DNA from: an uncultured Candidatus Saccharibacteria bacterium
GTDB lineage: Bacteria; Patescibacteriota; Minisyncoccia; UBA6257; GWB1-50-10
Direction: 5' to 3'
Assembly: GCA_964372445.1 (NCBI GenBank)
Contig: CAYJQO010000001.1
Coordinates: 1 to 53,674, forward strand
Length of the DNA: 53,674 bases
Shown here: positions 7,959 through 18,004 of the stretch, in pieces
How the letters are laid out: each line of letters starts with the position of its first letter
Numbering within the stretch: the stretch's first letter is position 1
Translations under genes and position numbers: made by a program
The notes under the pieces: model-generated
What the model saw: only the letters and a program-made list of their open reading frames with translations
Database searches by the model: none
Told to the model about the DNA's origin: nothing

Positions 7959-8425
7959 CCCAAGCGACCCGCCAGCCGATCCCGTACCATGCCGCTTACC
8001 ACTTTGGCATCAACCTTCCCCTTGACCTGCTTCATGACCTCGCCCATGATGGCACCGAAATCATGTTGGCTCGCGTCGGGGCGACTCGCGAAAACAGCGG
8101 CTACCACCTGCCGAATCTCGGCCTCACCGAGCTGCGCGGGGAGGTACGGTGTGAGCACCGCGAGCTCGGTTGATTCCCGATCCGCGAGGTCGGTTCGGCC
8201 GCCCTTGACGTAGAGTTCGATCGCCTCCCGTCGCTTCTTCACCTCACGGGCAACCACGTCGGCAACCTCCTCATCGGTTAGCTCGCCGCTCCCGCCGCGG
8301 CCCCGCTGTTCGATCTCCCGATTGTGGATCTGCGCAGCGAGCGACCGAAGCGTGGTGAGCCGTTCGGCTGCTCCCCCACGCATTGCCCCCTTCACATCAG
8401 AGAGTATCGAATCCTTGAGCCCCAT
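7955..8425 (-). CDS. GatB/YqeY domain protein
   Basis: 156 aa. The N-terminus (LKDSILSDVKGAMRGG) and the PYLP motif are typical of YqeY. Confidence 0.85.
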   Translation of the reverse strand: MGLKDSILSDVKGAMRGGAAERLTTLRSLAAQIHNREIEQRGRGGSGELTDEEVADVVAREVKKRREAIELYVKGGRTDLADRESTELAVLTPYLPAQLGEAEIRQVVAAVFASRPDASQHDFGAIMGEVMKQVKGKVDAKVVSGMVRDRLAGRLG

Positions 8426-8427
8426 GG

Positions 8428-8643
8428 CTACCGGTAGCCGTGCTTCTTGAGCCGCGCGTACTGCTCCTCACGCTTCAAGCGATGCAGCGCACCGAGCCGG
8501 CGGCGCCGGCGGTTCTCCGTGCGGTCTCGGAACTGACGCTTCTTAACCTCGCGAATGAGGCCGCTGTGCTGGACCCGCTTATTGAAACGGTAGAGGAATG
8601 AGCTCACGCTCTCTCCCTCTCGCTTTTTTACCTCTATGGCCAT
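8428..8643 (-). CDS. rpsU: 30S ribosomal protein S21
   Basis: 71-aa basic protein with ...FLYRFNKRV...REVKKRQF... . Confidence 0.9.
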   Translation of the reverse strand: MAIEVKKREGESVSSFLYRFNKRVQHSGLIREVKKRQFRDRTENRRRRRLGALHRLKREEQYARLKKHGYR

Positions 8644-8679
8644 AGCGGTTTGATTTGGCTTAGCTCGCCTCGTGCCACC

Positions 8680-9102
8680 CTACACCGGGTTGACGTTCCG
8701 CGCAATGGTCTGCGCCACTTCCTCGACCGACTGTAACCCGGGGTTGTCGACCACGGTATGGATTGAGCCGCCGCCATCTCGGAGCCAGCGCGGGATCACA
8801 TGGATGTGCAGGTGGTTGACGGTTTGCCCGCTTGCCATTCCGTGGTTGATCCCAATCGTGAAGCCGTCCGGATGGAGCGACCGCTTGATGAGATCGGTGA
8901 CCTGGCGCACCGCTTCAAACACTGGTCCCACCTGGGACGCGGGGAGGTCCAGGATAGTCTCGGCGTGCACCCGGGGGAGCACCATGGTGTGCCCCGGTGC
9001 TCGCGGCCGAACATCTAAGACTGCCACCGCCGCAGGATCCTCGTACACGACATGGGCGGGGATCTGCCTGGCAGCGATGCGACAGAACAGGCACGTATCC
9101 AT
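8680..9102 (-). CDS. HIT-family nucleotide hydrolase/transferase
   Basis: Histidine triad HLHIHVIPR. Confidence 0.9.
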   Translation of the reverse strand: MDTCLFCRIAARQIPAHVVYEDPAAVAVLDVRPRAPGHTMVLPRVHAETILDLPASQVGPVFEAVRQVTDLIKRSLHPDGFTIGINHGMASGQTVNHLHIHVIPRWLRDGGGSIHTVVDNPGLQSVEEVAQTIARNVNPV

Positions 9103-9104
9103 GG

Positions 9105-10442
9105 CTAGGGAGCTGGCTTGAGCCGCCGACGAACCTCCTCGGACAGTTTTGCAATCACCACCGTTTCCTGGGCACCGGACTTCATGTCACGGACAATGAT
9201 CGTTCCATCGTATACCTCCCGCTGTCCAAGGATGAGGGCGAGCGGTGCGCCAACTTTGTCGGCCACCTTGAGCTGGGCCTTGAGCGACTGTTTGCCTAGG
9301 GCTTCCACCACCGCGATGCCATTCGCGCGGAGCTCCCCCATAATTCGCAGGCCTGCTTTTTTCGCCTGTTCCCCAACTGCAGCGAAAAATGCTTTCGGTC
9401 TGGCCTTGAGGTGAAGCGTGATGCCCTGGCTGTGCATCGCCTCAATGGTGCGTTCAATGCCGATGGCGACACCGACACCTGGCACCGAGCGACCGCTGAG
9501 CATCTCGGCGAGGTAGTCGTAGCGGCCGCCGCCGCCGAGTTCGCTCGGCGAGGTCGGGCTGTACACCTCGAAGACGGTGCGGTTGTAGTAGTCGAGCCCG
9601 CGGACGAGGTGCGGATCCGGTTCGTACGCAATGCCGCTATCCTCGATGAGCTCCAGGACGGTCTTGAAATGGGAGTTGCAGTTCTGGCATAGGTGGTCGA
9701 GCACAATCGGGGCGTGCTCCTTGAGCCCAAGGCAACCCGGCTCCTTGCAGTCGAGGAGGCGCAGGGGGTTCTTATCAAACCGGCGCAGGCAGTCCTGGCA
9801 GAGCTTCACCTTCCGCGACTGGTAGTAGCCCCGGAGCCTGTCCCGGTACGTTGGTCGGCATACACGGCAGCCAATCGTGTTCACCTTGAGCGTGAGGTTC
9901 TTGAGCTTCAGCGAGCGGAGGAGGTCCATGGTTGCTAAGATTACCTCACCATCGTAGATAGGGTCATTGTCTCCAATGATTTCCATCCCCCACTGGTGGA
10001 ACTGACGTCCCCGGAGAGCCTGGGGTTTTTCGTAGCGGAACATCGGACCTAGGTAGTACACCTTCAGCGGCGAGGCGAAGTAGCCAAGGTGGTGCTCGAG
10101 GTAGCTCCGCATCACGGGTGCGGTTCCCTCGGGACGGAGGGTAACCCGATCTCCTCCCTTGGTGCGGAAGGTGTACATTTGCTTCTCTACGATATCCGTC
10201 GCCACGCCGACACCGGCTTCGAAGAGGCCCGCGGGCTCGAGTATTGGGGTTTCGATGAAGTGGAGATTGTGGAGCTCGGCGACGGTCTGGACAGCTTGGG
10301 AAACCATTTTCCACGAGTCACCATCTTTGGGAAGGATATCGGTCATCCCCTTCACGGATTGAAACCGTTCTGGGGTAGCGGCTCGAGGGCCGCGGCGTGG
10401 CGGTTGCTTCGGTGAGCTTGGTTTCATTTTTGGTGTAGCCAT
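9105..10442 (-). CDS. hisS: Histidine--tRNA ligase
   Basis: Class II aaRS with KGMTDILP and RYEKPQ..R.RQF motifs. The track start at 10508 is TTG; the ATG at 10442 seems more likely. Confidence 0.93.
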   Translation of the reverse strand: MATPKMKPSSPKQPPRRGPRAATPERFQSVKGMTDILPKDGDSWKMVSQAVQTVAELHNLHFIETPILEPAGLFEAGVGVATDIVEKQMYTFRTKGGDRVTLRPEGTAPVMRSYLEHHLGYFASPLKVYYLGPMFRYEKPQALRGRQFHQWGMEIIGDNDPIYDGEVILATMDLLRSLKLKNLTLKVNTIGCRVCRPTYRDRLRGYYQSRKVKLCQDCLRRFDKNPLRLLDCKEPGCLGLKEHAPIVLDHLCQNCNSHFKTVLELIEDSGIAYEPDPHLVRGLDYYNRTVFEVYSPTSPSELGGGGRYDYLAEMLSGRSVPGVGVAIGIERTIEAMHSQGITLHLKARPKAFFAAVGEQAKKAGLRIMGELRANGIAVVEALGKQSLKAQLKVADKVGAPLALILGQREVYDGTIIVRDMKSGAQETVVIAKLSEEVRRRLKPAP

Positions 10443-10519
10443 GATCGAGGACGCTAGCGGCCGGCGCTGCCCTGTCCCACCGAACGCCGGTGCCGAACCG
10501 TACGGCAAAACTGTGGGGT

Positions 10520-11074
10520 CTAGTATGAGGGTGCGGCGAACGCCATCGCCTGGCTCACCGGCCAGAGGCGGAACCGAACCAGGCCAACAATTTCTCCCTT
10601 GGCCAGCGGCCCCCAGTTCCGAGAATCAAAACTGAAACTACGATTGTCACCCATCACAAAGTACTGGTTGGAGCTGAGCACAACATCGAACCGACCGGCT
10701 GTTTGGTTGTGTAGGTATGGTTCCTGGAGTACCTTCTCGTTGTTGCCGTTGTAGATCGCCACCTGTCCACTCTCGATGGTAACCCGTTCACCCGGCAGCC
10801 CAATGAGCCGCTTGATGTAGAACGATCGGTGATCGCCCGGGTACTTGAAGACCACTACCTCCCCGCGCGTCGGCTCGCGGAACCGGTAGGCTAGCTCATC
10901 GATCAGGAGGTAGTCCCCATTGTAGAAGCTCGGCTCCATGCTCGCCCCACTCACCAGGAACGGTTGGGCTACGAACGTGCGCACCAGGAATACCGCCACC
11001 ACCGCGATGGTGACGGTCTCGATAATTTCAAAAAAGGCCCAGAGTATTTTCCGCATGCCGATGCTCATCGCCAT
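10520..11074 (-). CDS. lepB: Signal peptidase I
   Basis: N-terminal TM segment, SGASMEP catalytic Ser box, GDNRSFSFDSR box. Confidence 0.9.
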   Translation of the reverse strand: MAMSIGMRKILWAFFEIIETVTIAVVAVFLVRTFVAQPFLVSGASMEPSFYNGDYLLIDELAYRFREPTRGEVVVFKYPGDHRSFYIKRLIGLPGERVTIESGQVAIYNGNNEKVLQEPYLHNQTAGRFDVVLSSNQYFVMGDNRSFSFDSRNWGPLAKGEIVGLVRFRLWPVSQAMAFAAPSY

Positions 11075-11156
11075 CGCTCATCGGTGCTCTCCCTGCGCGC
11101 TTCCGCCGCACCGTGGTAGAATACCCTTAGCCGATGGTGCCGTTAGTATATTGAAC

Positions 11157-11711
11157 ATGTCTATCGAATTCAACCCCGACCGCATCACACTCCTAGTAGG
11201 ACTCGGCAACCCGGAGAGGCGCTACGCGCACACGTACCACAACGTCGGACGTCTCATCACCCAAGAGCTCGCCCGAGACGGCCGCTCGCCAACGTTCCAG
11301 CGCGCAAACCACAAACATTTTGTCTACCACCGCGGACGCAGCCGTACCCTCGTGCTCCCCACTACACCTATGAACGCCTCCGGGATCGCCGTCCGGGAAG
11401 CCCTCCGCCACTTCCATGCAAACCCCGAGGGGTTACTCGTGGCACACGATGACGCAGATATCCTATTCGGTACCTACAAGCTGAGCTTCAATCGTGGTGC
11501 CGCAGGGCACCACGGGGTTGAATCTATTATAGAGGCAATTGGTACGAGCGCGTTCTGGCGCCTTCGGGTAGGCACGAGGAGCACGCGCACAGATTCGAGT
11601 TCGAGAGCGAAGCGCCCCAAGGCGGGCGATTTCGCGCTTTCCCACATGGGCACCAGAGAACTTTCCTTAGTTCGAGCGCTCGCAGGTCAGCTCCAAGCAC
11701 GCAATGCGTAG
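11157..11711 (+). CDS. pth: Peptidyl-tRNA hydrolase
   Basis: LLVGLGNPERRYAHTYHNVG motif. Start moved to ATG 11157; the longer track ORF overlaps lepB on the opposite strand. Confidence 0.9.
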   Translation: MSIEFNPDRITLLVGLGNPERRYAHTYHNVGRLITQELARDGRSPTFQRANHKHFVYHRGRSRTLVLPTTPMNASGIAVREALRHFHANPEGLLVAHDDADILFGTYKLSFNRGAAGHHGVESIIEAIGTSAFWRLRVGTRSTRTDSSSRAKRPKAGDFALSHMGTRELSLVRALAGQLQARNA

Positions 11712-11737
11712 AGGAAGGAAGTGTCGTCCGCGGCCAG

Positions 11738-13255
11738 CTACCGGGCCAATCGGTCTGGCTTCACCACAAATGTGATCGTGAACCCGAGCGATCCATCATC
11801 GAGGTTTGCAATCTGGCGGATGGGAAGGTTCACCTCAGAGAATGATGGCTCCTGGGTAAGGACGCCGGTGAACGACTGAATCGCATCGTAGTTGCCCTTC
11901 GCCACGCGGCCCGTGAGCGTGACCGCCCCTTCCAGCGATGCCACTTCGAGGCGATCTATGGTGACCCCGTGCGTGGCCGCAACCTCCTTGAGCCGCGCCA
12001 GGAACAGGTACCATGATTGGGTCGAGGTGCGCGCGTCCCGCGCCGTAGCCACAAGCCGGTTGAACTCTTCAGCTTTCGCTCGAAGCGTGGCGAGCTCACG
12101 TTCAGCCTGCACTCCGGGGAATACTCCCCCCTGCTCCTTCAGGTCACGTGAGGCACTACCAAGGAAGTACGCCGCTCCGGCATAGAGCACCAGGAAAAGG
12201 AGGAGCGTCCCGGCAATGATGTTCCGCCACAGCACTACAAAATCGATAACCTGTTCTTGGTAGAAGAGCTCTGCTGATCCCACAGGGGCTAAGCTGATCG
12301 CGATGTCACGGCTCCGGTCAACCGATCCACGAATGGCCGACCCCAGCGCCACGTACCACTGGGACGTGAGCGACCATGAGGTGAGGGTGAGCGGGGCAAT
12401 GGCAAGACCGAAGCGGCTCTCCAGAAACTTCTCAATTTCTCCACCGAGCGCTGGTGCAATGAGGTACACCCGTTCGGGGGTTTCCTTGAACCGCCCAAGC
12501 GTAAAATTGATCACCTTCTGTACCTCCTGGGTCACCACCTCCTCGAAGAGGGCCCGGGATATTTCCCGCGCCTCTCCCTGGATCGACGCCCACGATCGAA
12601 AGTAGTCAAAGTAGAGCGAGCCGTTCTTCACGATGGAAAGATTCAGGCCGTCGCTCGATACCTGAAACACCAGTGCCGCTGCCGCGGTTCGCTGGATCGT
12701 TTCACCCGCAAGCCGTGCCACGGCGAGGCTGGGAAATTCGAATGCGACCGGAGCGAAGCGAGCCTGTTCGAGGGCTCCCCGGTACGCATCAACCACTTTC
12801 CGCTCAGCAAAGGCGCCGAGGAGCTCGTAGCGATCTTGGTTCACACCGATCACCTGGGAACTCATGTAGGCGGCTTCGGTTGGTATCGGTGATAGCATCT
12901 GGAGATTCAAGTTTGCTGATTCGGCAAGTCGCCCCTCACCCAGGTTAGGAACGTGAAAGCTCTGGGTGTAGGCCACGGCAGCCGGGAGGCATACCACAAC
13001 TGAAACCCTACGGTCACCCAGACCACCTTCGATCATGCCATGGAGCTGCCGAAGCAGTCGGGACAGCTCGTCAGGCAGGAGCACCTTACCCTCTCGGATC
13101 ACCCCGGGCGGAATCTTGAGCGAGAGCGCCCGCGGGCGCTTTCCCAGCGCCACGTAGAGCAAGGCGGAATCGCTCACCTGGAGACCGCCGATCTCAGGTT
13201 TCGAGGCAAGCCATGCGAGGAGCTGCACCACCTTAGTGACGAGCGATTTGCTCAT
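11738..13255 (-). CDS. PilM-like actin-fold domain fused to a PilN/PilO-like transmembrane plus periplasmic region (type IV pilus assembly)
   Basis: 505 aa. The N-terminal ~330 aa follow the PilM pattern. Then comes one TM helix (IIAGTLLLFLVLYAGAAYFLG), then a coiled-coil and a C-terminal domain. Assigned by pattern recognition only. Confidence 0.55.
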   Translation of the reverse strand: MSKSLVTKVVQLLAWLASKPEIGGLQVSDSALLYVALGKRPRALSLKIPPGVIREGKVLLPDELSRLLRQLHGMIEGGLGDRRVSVVVCLPAAVAYTQSFHVPNLGEGRLAESANLNLQMLSPIPTEAAYMSSQVIGVNQDRYELLGAFAERKVVDAYRGALEQARFAPVAFEFPSLAVARLAGETIQRTAAAALVFQVSSDGLNLSIVKNGSLYFDYFRSWASIQGEAREISRALFEEVVTQEVQKVINFTLGRFKETPERVYLIAPALGGEIEKFLESRFGLAIAPLTLTSWSLTSQWYVALGSAIRGSVDRSRDIAISLAPVGSAELFYQEQVIDFVVLWRNIIAGTLLLFLVLYAGAAYFLGSASRDLKEQGGVFPGVQAERELATLRAKAEEFNRLVATARDARTSTQSWYLFLARLKEVAATHGVTIDRLEVASLEGAVTLTGRVAKGNYDAIQSFTGVLTQEPSFSEVNLPIRQIANLDDGSLGFTITFVVKPDRLAR

Positions 13256-13698
13256 GGCACCGCCTGTTCCCGCAACGATTCGAGCTGCACCAAACCGCTC
13301 GCCTGGTCGACCACCATGGAGGCAACGAGCGTCCGCCGGCGAGTCGCCGCTTGGCCCTCCGATGTAATGGCGTAGCGGTACCGGTTCGTCACCACATCAA
13401 TGGTTCGCTGCACAGCAACCTCAGCAGCATCCTGCTGCCCACCAACCGTCACATCTAAGGTGTAGGTGTAGGGCGTGCTAAAATCCCAGAACTCTTTGTT
13501 CCGAGCAACCTTGAGCTGGGCATCACGAATGCCCGCTTCGGCGGCGGCAAGGGCACGCGCAGATGCACGTTCTCCGAAACCGGAGGTGCTCAGGAAGTAT
13601 GTGACGAACGAGCCAGCTATCGCAATTTCTATAATAATGCCGCTCACGAGGATGATGAACGTTAGTGTCGCCTGCCCTCGACGAACGAATTTCCTCAT
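13252..13698 (-). CDS. PilX-like minor-pilin/pilus assembly protein
   Basis: N-terminus RRGQATLTFIILVSGIII followed by ALAAAEAGIRDA, which resembles the PilX N-terminal domain. ATGA overlap with the downstream gene. Confidence 0.5.
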   Translation of the reverse strand: MRKFVRRGQATLTFIILVSGIIIEIAIAGSFVTYFLSTSGFGERASARALAAAEAGIRDAQLKVARNKEFWDFSTPYTYTLDVTVGGQQDAAEVAVQRTIDVVTNRYRYAITSEGQAATRRRTLVASMVVDQASGLVQLESLREQAVP

Positions 13699-13780
13699 AC
13701 GGTATCCTTCCTAATAATAGCAAAACGCGGCACCGTCGACCGCGCTACGCCTTTCACGTGCAGTTGCAGAGTAGCTCAGT

Positions 13781-14215
13781 TCAGCGAAGCGGCGAGGGGC
13801 TACTCCCGGTGCTCGTCGGTGCACTACCAGAAGCTTCTGGTGGAAGCTGTGGGACTCCCGAGGCACCGCCACTCCGAATGAACTGCGCGAGCTGACCGTT
13901 CGGGTCAAGCTTGGATATCCAAACGACCTCAGCGCGGTTCATCTGGATGTAATCCTCGGGCCCCCAGAATACCCGCGCGAAACGTTGCACGCTGAACGGG
14001 TTCTGCGGATCTTGGTTCAGCTGCAGCACGTAGACGTTCCGTAGGCCAAACTCGGGGAAACGGGTCAGCTCTCCAAAGTACAGGTCGCCGGTTCTGAGGT
14101 ACACCGCGTGGTAGGTTCGTATCACACCCCACGGGCGCCACACGAAGAGCCCCACGAGCGCGATGAGGAGCACCACCACAGACGCGAGGAGTACCTTGTT
14201 GGTGCCACTGGTCAT
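13781..14215 (-). CDS. Membrane-anchored hypothetical protein with a Ser/Pro/Gly-rich tail
   Basis: 144-aa ORF with a single N-terminal TM segment. Confidence 0.55.
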   Translation of the reverse strand: MTSGTNKVLLASVVVLLIALVGLFVWRPWGVIRTYHAVYLRTGDLYFGELTRFPEFGLRNVYVLQLNQDPQNPFSVQRFARVFWGPEDYIQMNRAEVVWISKLDPNGQLAQFIRSGGASGVPQLPPEASGSAPTSTGSSPSPLR

Positions 14216-14275
14216 ACCGTTCTCACATTCTACTACGGGTGGTGGTGGGTGGTCAACGAGCCCTGTGCACAGTGG

Positions 14276-15226
14276 CTATCGTGACCGGAAGTAGCTGTAC
14301 ACGTCCAGGACCGCTTTGACCGCATCTCCCATGGAAATGTTGTTCTGTTTGTAGAGCACGTCCGTGACGTCCCCGGCGGCCCACACCCCGGCGTACGAGG
14401 TTCGCTGGGTTCGGTGGTCCACCACTACCTCGCCCGCCTGGTTCAGCGCCACAAAATCCTTAACGAGCTCACTGTTCGGCACCGCACCAATCTCGATGAA
14501 CACCCCCTGCACGGACAAATCACCTATCTTCCCCGTCACCTTATCTCGGTAGCGCAACCCTTCAACTGCTCTCGTGCCGCACACCTCGACCACCTCGGCA
14601 TTGAAGATCACGCGCACCTTTGGATTCTTTTTTACCTTCTCCTCTGTCACGGGGTCACCCCTCATGCTGTTGCTCCGGTTCAATAGGGTGATCGAGGTGG
14701 CATAGGGAATGAGGTCGATGACCGCCTCAAGCCCCGCGTTGCCGCCGCCAACGACCGCAACGGGCTTCCCCTCGAAGAGGGGCGCATCACATATGGAACA
14801 GTACGCGACGCCTTTGCCGTCGAGCTCAGCCTCGCCGGGGACCCCGAGCTTGCGCCGACGGCTCCCCGAGGTTAGGAGAATGGTCTTAGCCTCGAGGGTC
14901 TTGCCGCCTTCGGTGGTCACGGTGAACCCTGGAGCATCGGCTCCGGCGCCACCATCGCTCGATTGGTGGGGGGTAATCGTTCGGACAAGGTCACCATCCA
15001 AAATGGTGACCCCCTGCTGCGCACGCAGGTGAGCCTCGAGCATTTTTCCAAAATCGTAGCCGGATACCGACGACATCCCAATGAAATTCTGGATGCCGGC
15101 GGAGACGAGCGACTGACCTCCGAAAAAATCGGTGAGCACCACGGTGCTCATTTTCTTCCGGGCCGCGTACACCCCACCCGCGACGCCAGCTGGTCCACCC
15201 CCAATAATGGCGAGATCGTATTCCAT
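14276..15226 (-). CDS. trxB: Thioredoxin-disulfide reductase
   Basis: IIGGGPAG FAD motif, redox CSICDAPLF (CxxC), VVGGGNAG NADPH motif. Confidence 0.92.
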   Translation of the reverse strand: MEYDLAIIGGGPAGVAGGVYAARKKMSTVVLTDFFGGQSLVSAGIQNFIGMSSVSGYDFGKMLEAHLRAQQGVTILDGDLVRTITPHQSSDGGAGADAPGFTVTTEGGKTLEAKTILLTSGSRRRKLGVPGEAELDGKGVAYCSICDAPLFEGKPVAVVGGGNAGLEAVIDLIPYATSITLLNRSNSMRGDPVTEEKVKKNPKVRVIFNAEVVEVCGTRAVEGLRYRDKVTGKIGDLSVQGVFIEIGAVPNSELVKDFVALNQAGEVVVDHRTQRTSYAGVWAAGDVTDVLYKQNNISMGDAVKAVLDVYSYFRSR

Positions 15227-15279
15227 GTGTTACGGTAGCTACCGGCGCCGACCCGTACTGGCGGGATGGCGCCCCGCGG

Positions 15280-15447
15280 TCACGGCCGTGAGGGCGGCGA
15301 GAAATCCCAGAGCACCAGCACCACCATCAGCCCCCCCACGACGACGCTATTCCAGGTAACTAGGTTGAGTGCGGAGAACCCGAGGACCCACGGCGACCCA
15401 ACAAGCCAAACGCAGAGCCCCAGCAACATCCAATGGTTCCACCGCAT
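15280..15447 (-). CDS. Small SPW-repeat-like membrane protein (55 aa, below the ORF-track length cut-off)
   Basis: My translation: MRWNHWMLLGLCVWLVGSPWVLGFSALNLVTWNSVVVGGLMVVLVLWDFSPPSRP, ending in a TGA at 15280-15282. It has the SPW..GF and WN motifs typical of SPW-repeat proteins. GAGAGGG lies about 13 nt upstream. Confidence 0.5.
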   Translation of the reverse strand: MRWNHWMLLGLCVWLVGSPWVLGFSALNLVTWNSVVVGGLMVVLVLWDFSPPSRP

Positions 15448-15619
15448 AGGTCAGCAGAGCCCTCTCACGCCACCGATGATGAGCCCCACAATTGGCCCAG
15501 TATAGCTGAGGGTACCTGTGAAATCAATAATGAAACGAACGCCCCGTCGGCTCCCACGCAACAGAGCGGCAGTTTCCAATGCCGCGCTACACACCTTACC
15601 CGGAGTCCAACCCGTTCCG

Positions 15620-16417
15620 CTACTCTAACGCCGCATCGATGATACGTTGCACTGAAGGGCTCGAGGGGTCGCTGCTCGTAAAGGGGAGCGCGCCTGGGAT
15701 CACAAACCGCTTCCCGCCTTTCGTCATCACCACGGAGTAGGGAGTGCCTCTCGCGCCGGCATTCTTGGCGTCTTCCTTTTGGGCCGCCACCGTTGCGGCG
15801 TGCCTGCCGCTCGCCACACACAATTCAAAACTGTTCCGGTTCAACCCGACATCCACCGCAATCTGCGGCAAAACCGATAAATCAATACGGTCGTTGGATG
15901 GGGTTACCTCAAAGTAGCGATCCACGAAAGCCCAGAATGCGTCGTTGCCGCCAAGTTCAGCGGCACACTCGCTAGCCTCCGCCGCCTTGCCAGCTTTTGA
16001 GTGGAGCACGCGGCCATCCGGGCCGGGATCATCCAACGGAAGGTGGCGGTACACCCAGGTAACCCTGTCGCCGTACTGTGCGATAACCTGCTTGAGGGTT
16101 GGGTGGAACAACTTGCAGAAGGGGCACTCGAGGTCTGAAAACTCAACGATCGTGACTGGCGCGTTCAGGGAGCCACGCACGTGGTCGGCCGCGGTCACGG
16201 GTTTGATGTTTACCGGGGAAGGGCTCGGCGCCGCCTGCTCCACGATGTTCCCCGCGAGACCGCCGCTCGGCACCGTCCCAGGAGAACGTTTCCCGGCACT
16301 GTAGACCACCGATAGGGCGATGAGGAGGGCCGCGATCAAAATGCTCGCGGGGAGCGTACGATCTTTTTTCGCCACCGGCCCAGCCACCGGTTCCTGAACT
16401 TGCTGCGGCGCTTCCAT
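15620..16417 (-). CDS. DsbA-family thiol:disulfide oxidoreductase, membrane anchored
   Basis: N-terminal TM segment and CPFC active site within a thioredoxin fold. Confidence 0.85.
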   Translation of the reverse strand: MEAPQQVQEPVAGPVAKKDRTLPASILIAALLIALSVVYSAGKRSPGTVPSGGLAGNIVEQAAPSPSPVNIKPVTAADHVRGSLNAPVTIVEFSDLECPFCKLFHPTLKQVIAQYGDRVTWVYRHLPLDDPGPDGRVLHSKAGKAAEASECAAELGGNDAFWAFVDRYFEVTPSNDRIDLSVLPQIAVDVGLNRNSFELCVASGRHAATVAAQKEDAKNAGARGTPYSVVMTKGGKRFVIPGALPFTSSDPSSPSVQRIIDAALE

Positions 16418-16530
16418 AGAAGTAGGTACGGTAACCGTATGCTACGCGGGAGCTAGAAAATGTCAAGCGGGGCAAGCTGTGCTAGGATGGTGACGCTCGG
16501 TTCATCCCACACCCTGTCGAGCCTGCGTAC

Positions 16531-18000
16531 ATGACGGCACAGCGAATCCGCACCTTCCTCTTCCACAACACATCGCTCTTCCAGACCGTCGTCAAGAACA
16601 CGTTCTGGGTGAGCATGGGGCAGGTCATCGGGCGCCTCCTCCGGGCGCTCCTCATCATCTACGCCGCTCGCCTGCTCGGCGCCGCCGGCTACGGCGTGTT
16701 CTCGTACGCGCTGAGCCTCGCCGGTTTCTTCTCCATCTTCTCCGACATCGGCCTCACACCGCTCCTCACCCGCGAAGGGGCAAAGAATCCGGAGCTCATG
16801 GTGAAATACGTCGGGACCGGGTTCACCATCAAGCTGGGGTTGATTGCGGTAAACTCTGTGATCATCCTCTCGGCGCTGCCACTGCTCTCGCACATCGCGG
16901 AAGCAAACGCGCTCTTCCCGCTGATTGCCCTGCTCTTTGCCTTTGACAGCGTGCGTGACTTCACCTTCGCCATTACCAGGGCAATCGAGAAGATGCAGAT
17001 CGAGGCCGGGGCCTTCATGCTCACCAACGTTACCATTCTGGCCTTAGGCTTCGCGGCGCTCTTCCTCTTCCCCAACGTCCGGGCGCTCCTGGTAGCCTAC
17101 ACCATCGGGAGCGGCATCGGCATGGTGTTCGCGGTGTGGAAGGTTCGCGCGTACCTCGCCCGGTTCTGGCGTGCGTTCGACCGCAACCTCATCCGCCCCA
17201 TACTCACCGAGGCCTGGCCGTTCGGCGTCTCTGGTCTCCTGAGTGCCATTATGCTCTCCACCGACACCATCATGATCGGGTGGCTCCGCAGCACCGAAGA
17301 GATCGGCTTCTACGGAGCCGCTCAGCGCATGATTCTTCTCCTCTACCTCCTCCCCGGATTCATTGGGGTCGCCACCTTCCCGGCGCTCTCGCGGCTCTCC
17401 GCAGTCGACCGGGAGCGGTTCGGAGCGGTGTTCGGTAAGACCATGCGTGTAGCGCTCCTCATGGCGGTGCCGCTCACGGTGGGTGGCATCCTGGTTGCCC
17501 CCGAACTCGTTCGGTTCATCTTCGGCGCAAGCTACGACGCGGCCGCGCCAGTGTTCCAGGTGCTGCTCCTCACCGTCACGTTAACCTTCCCGGGCATGCT
17601 CATCGGGAACGCCCTCTTCGCGTTCGGTAAGCAGTGGTACCTGGTACGGTCGTTTGCCCTGGGCGCCATCGGGAACGTACTACTGAACTATGCGTTCATA
17701 CCGCGGTACGGCATCGTCGGTGCCGCCGTGGCAACCGTCATCACCCAAGGACTCACCACCGCGGCCAATACCTACATAATGCAGCGTACCCACCGGTTCC
17801 GGTTCTTCGCCGGGCTCTCTAGGTTGCTCGTGGCTGCCGCCGCGATGGCAGCTACGGTCCTCGTGGCGAGGGCGACGGGAGCGCACGTGCTCCTCACGGT
17901 TGCCGCTGGCGGCGCCGCGTACCTAGGTACGCTCTACCTCACCGGCGAATCACTCATCGCCACCGTCGCAGAGCGCTTTCGGAACAGCACCAACGAATAG
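16531..18000 (+). CDS. Oligosaccharide/polysaccharide flippase (Wzx-type, MOP superfamily)
   Basis: 489 aa with roughly 12-14 hydrophobic segments and a typical Wzx N-terminus. Confidence 0.85.
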   Translation: MTAQRIRTFLFHNTSLFQTVVKNTFWVSMGQVIGRLLRALLIIYAARLLGAAGYGVFSYALSLAGFFSIFSDIGLTPLLTREGAKNPELMVKYVGTGFTIKLGLIAVNSVIILSALPLLSHIAEANALFPLIALLFAFDSVRDFTFAITRAIEKMQIEAGAFMLTNVTILALGFAALFLFPNVRALLVAYTIGSGIGMVFAVWKVRAYLARFWRAFDRNLIRPILTEAWPFGVSGLLSAIMLSTDTIMIGWLRSTEEIGFYGAAQRMILLLYLLPGFIGVATFPALSRLSAVDRERFGAVFGKTMRVALLMAVPLTVGGILVAPELVRFIFGASYDAAAPVFQVLLLTVTLTFPGMLIGNALFAFGKQWYLVRSFALGAIGNVLLNYAFIPRYGIVGAAVATVITQGLTTAANTYIMQRTHRFRFFAGLSRLLVAAAAMAATVLVARATGAHVLLTVAAGGAAYLGTLYLTGESLIATVAERFRNSTNE

Positions 18001-18004
18001 CTGA

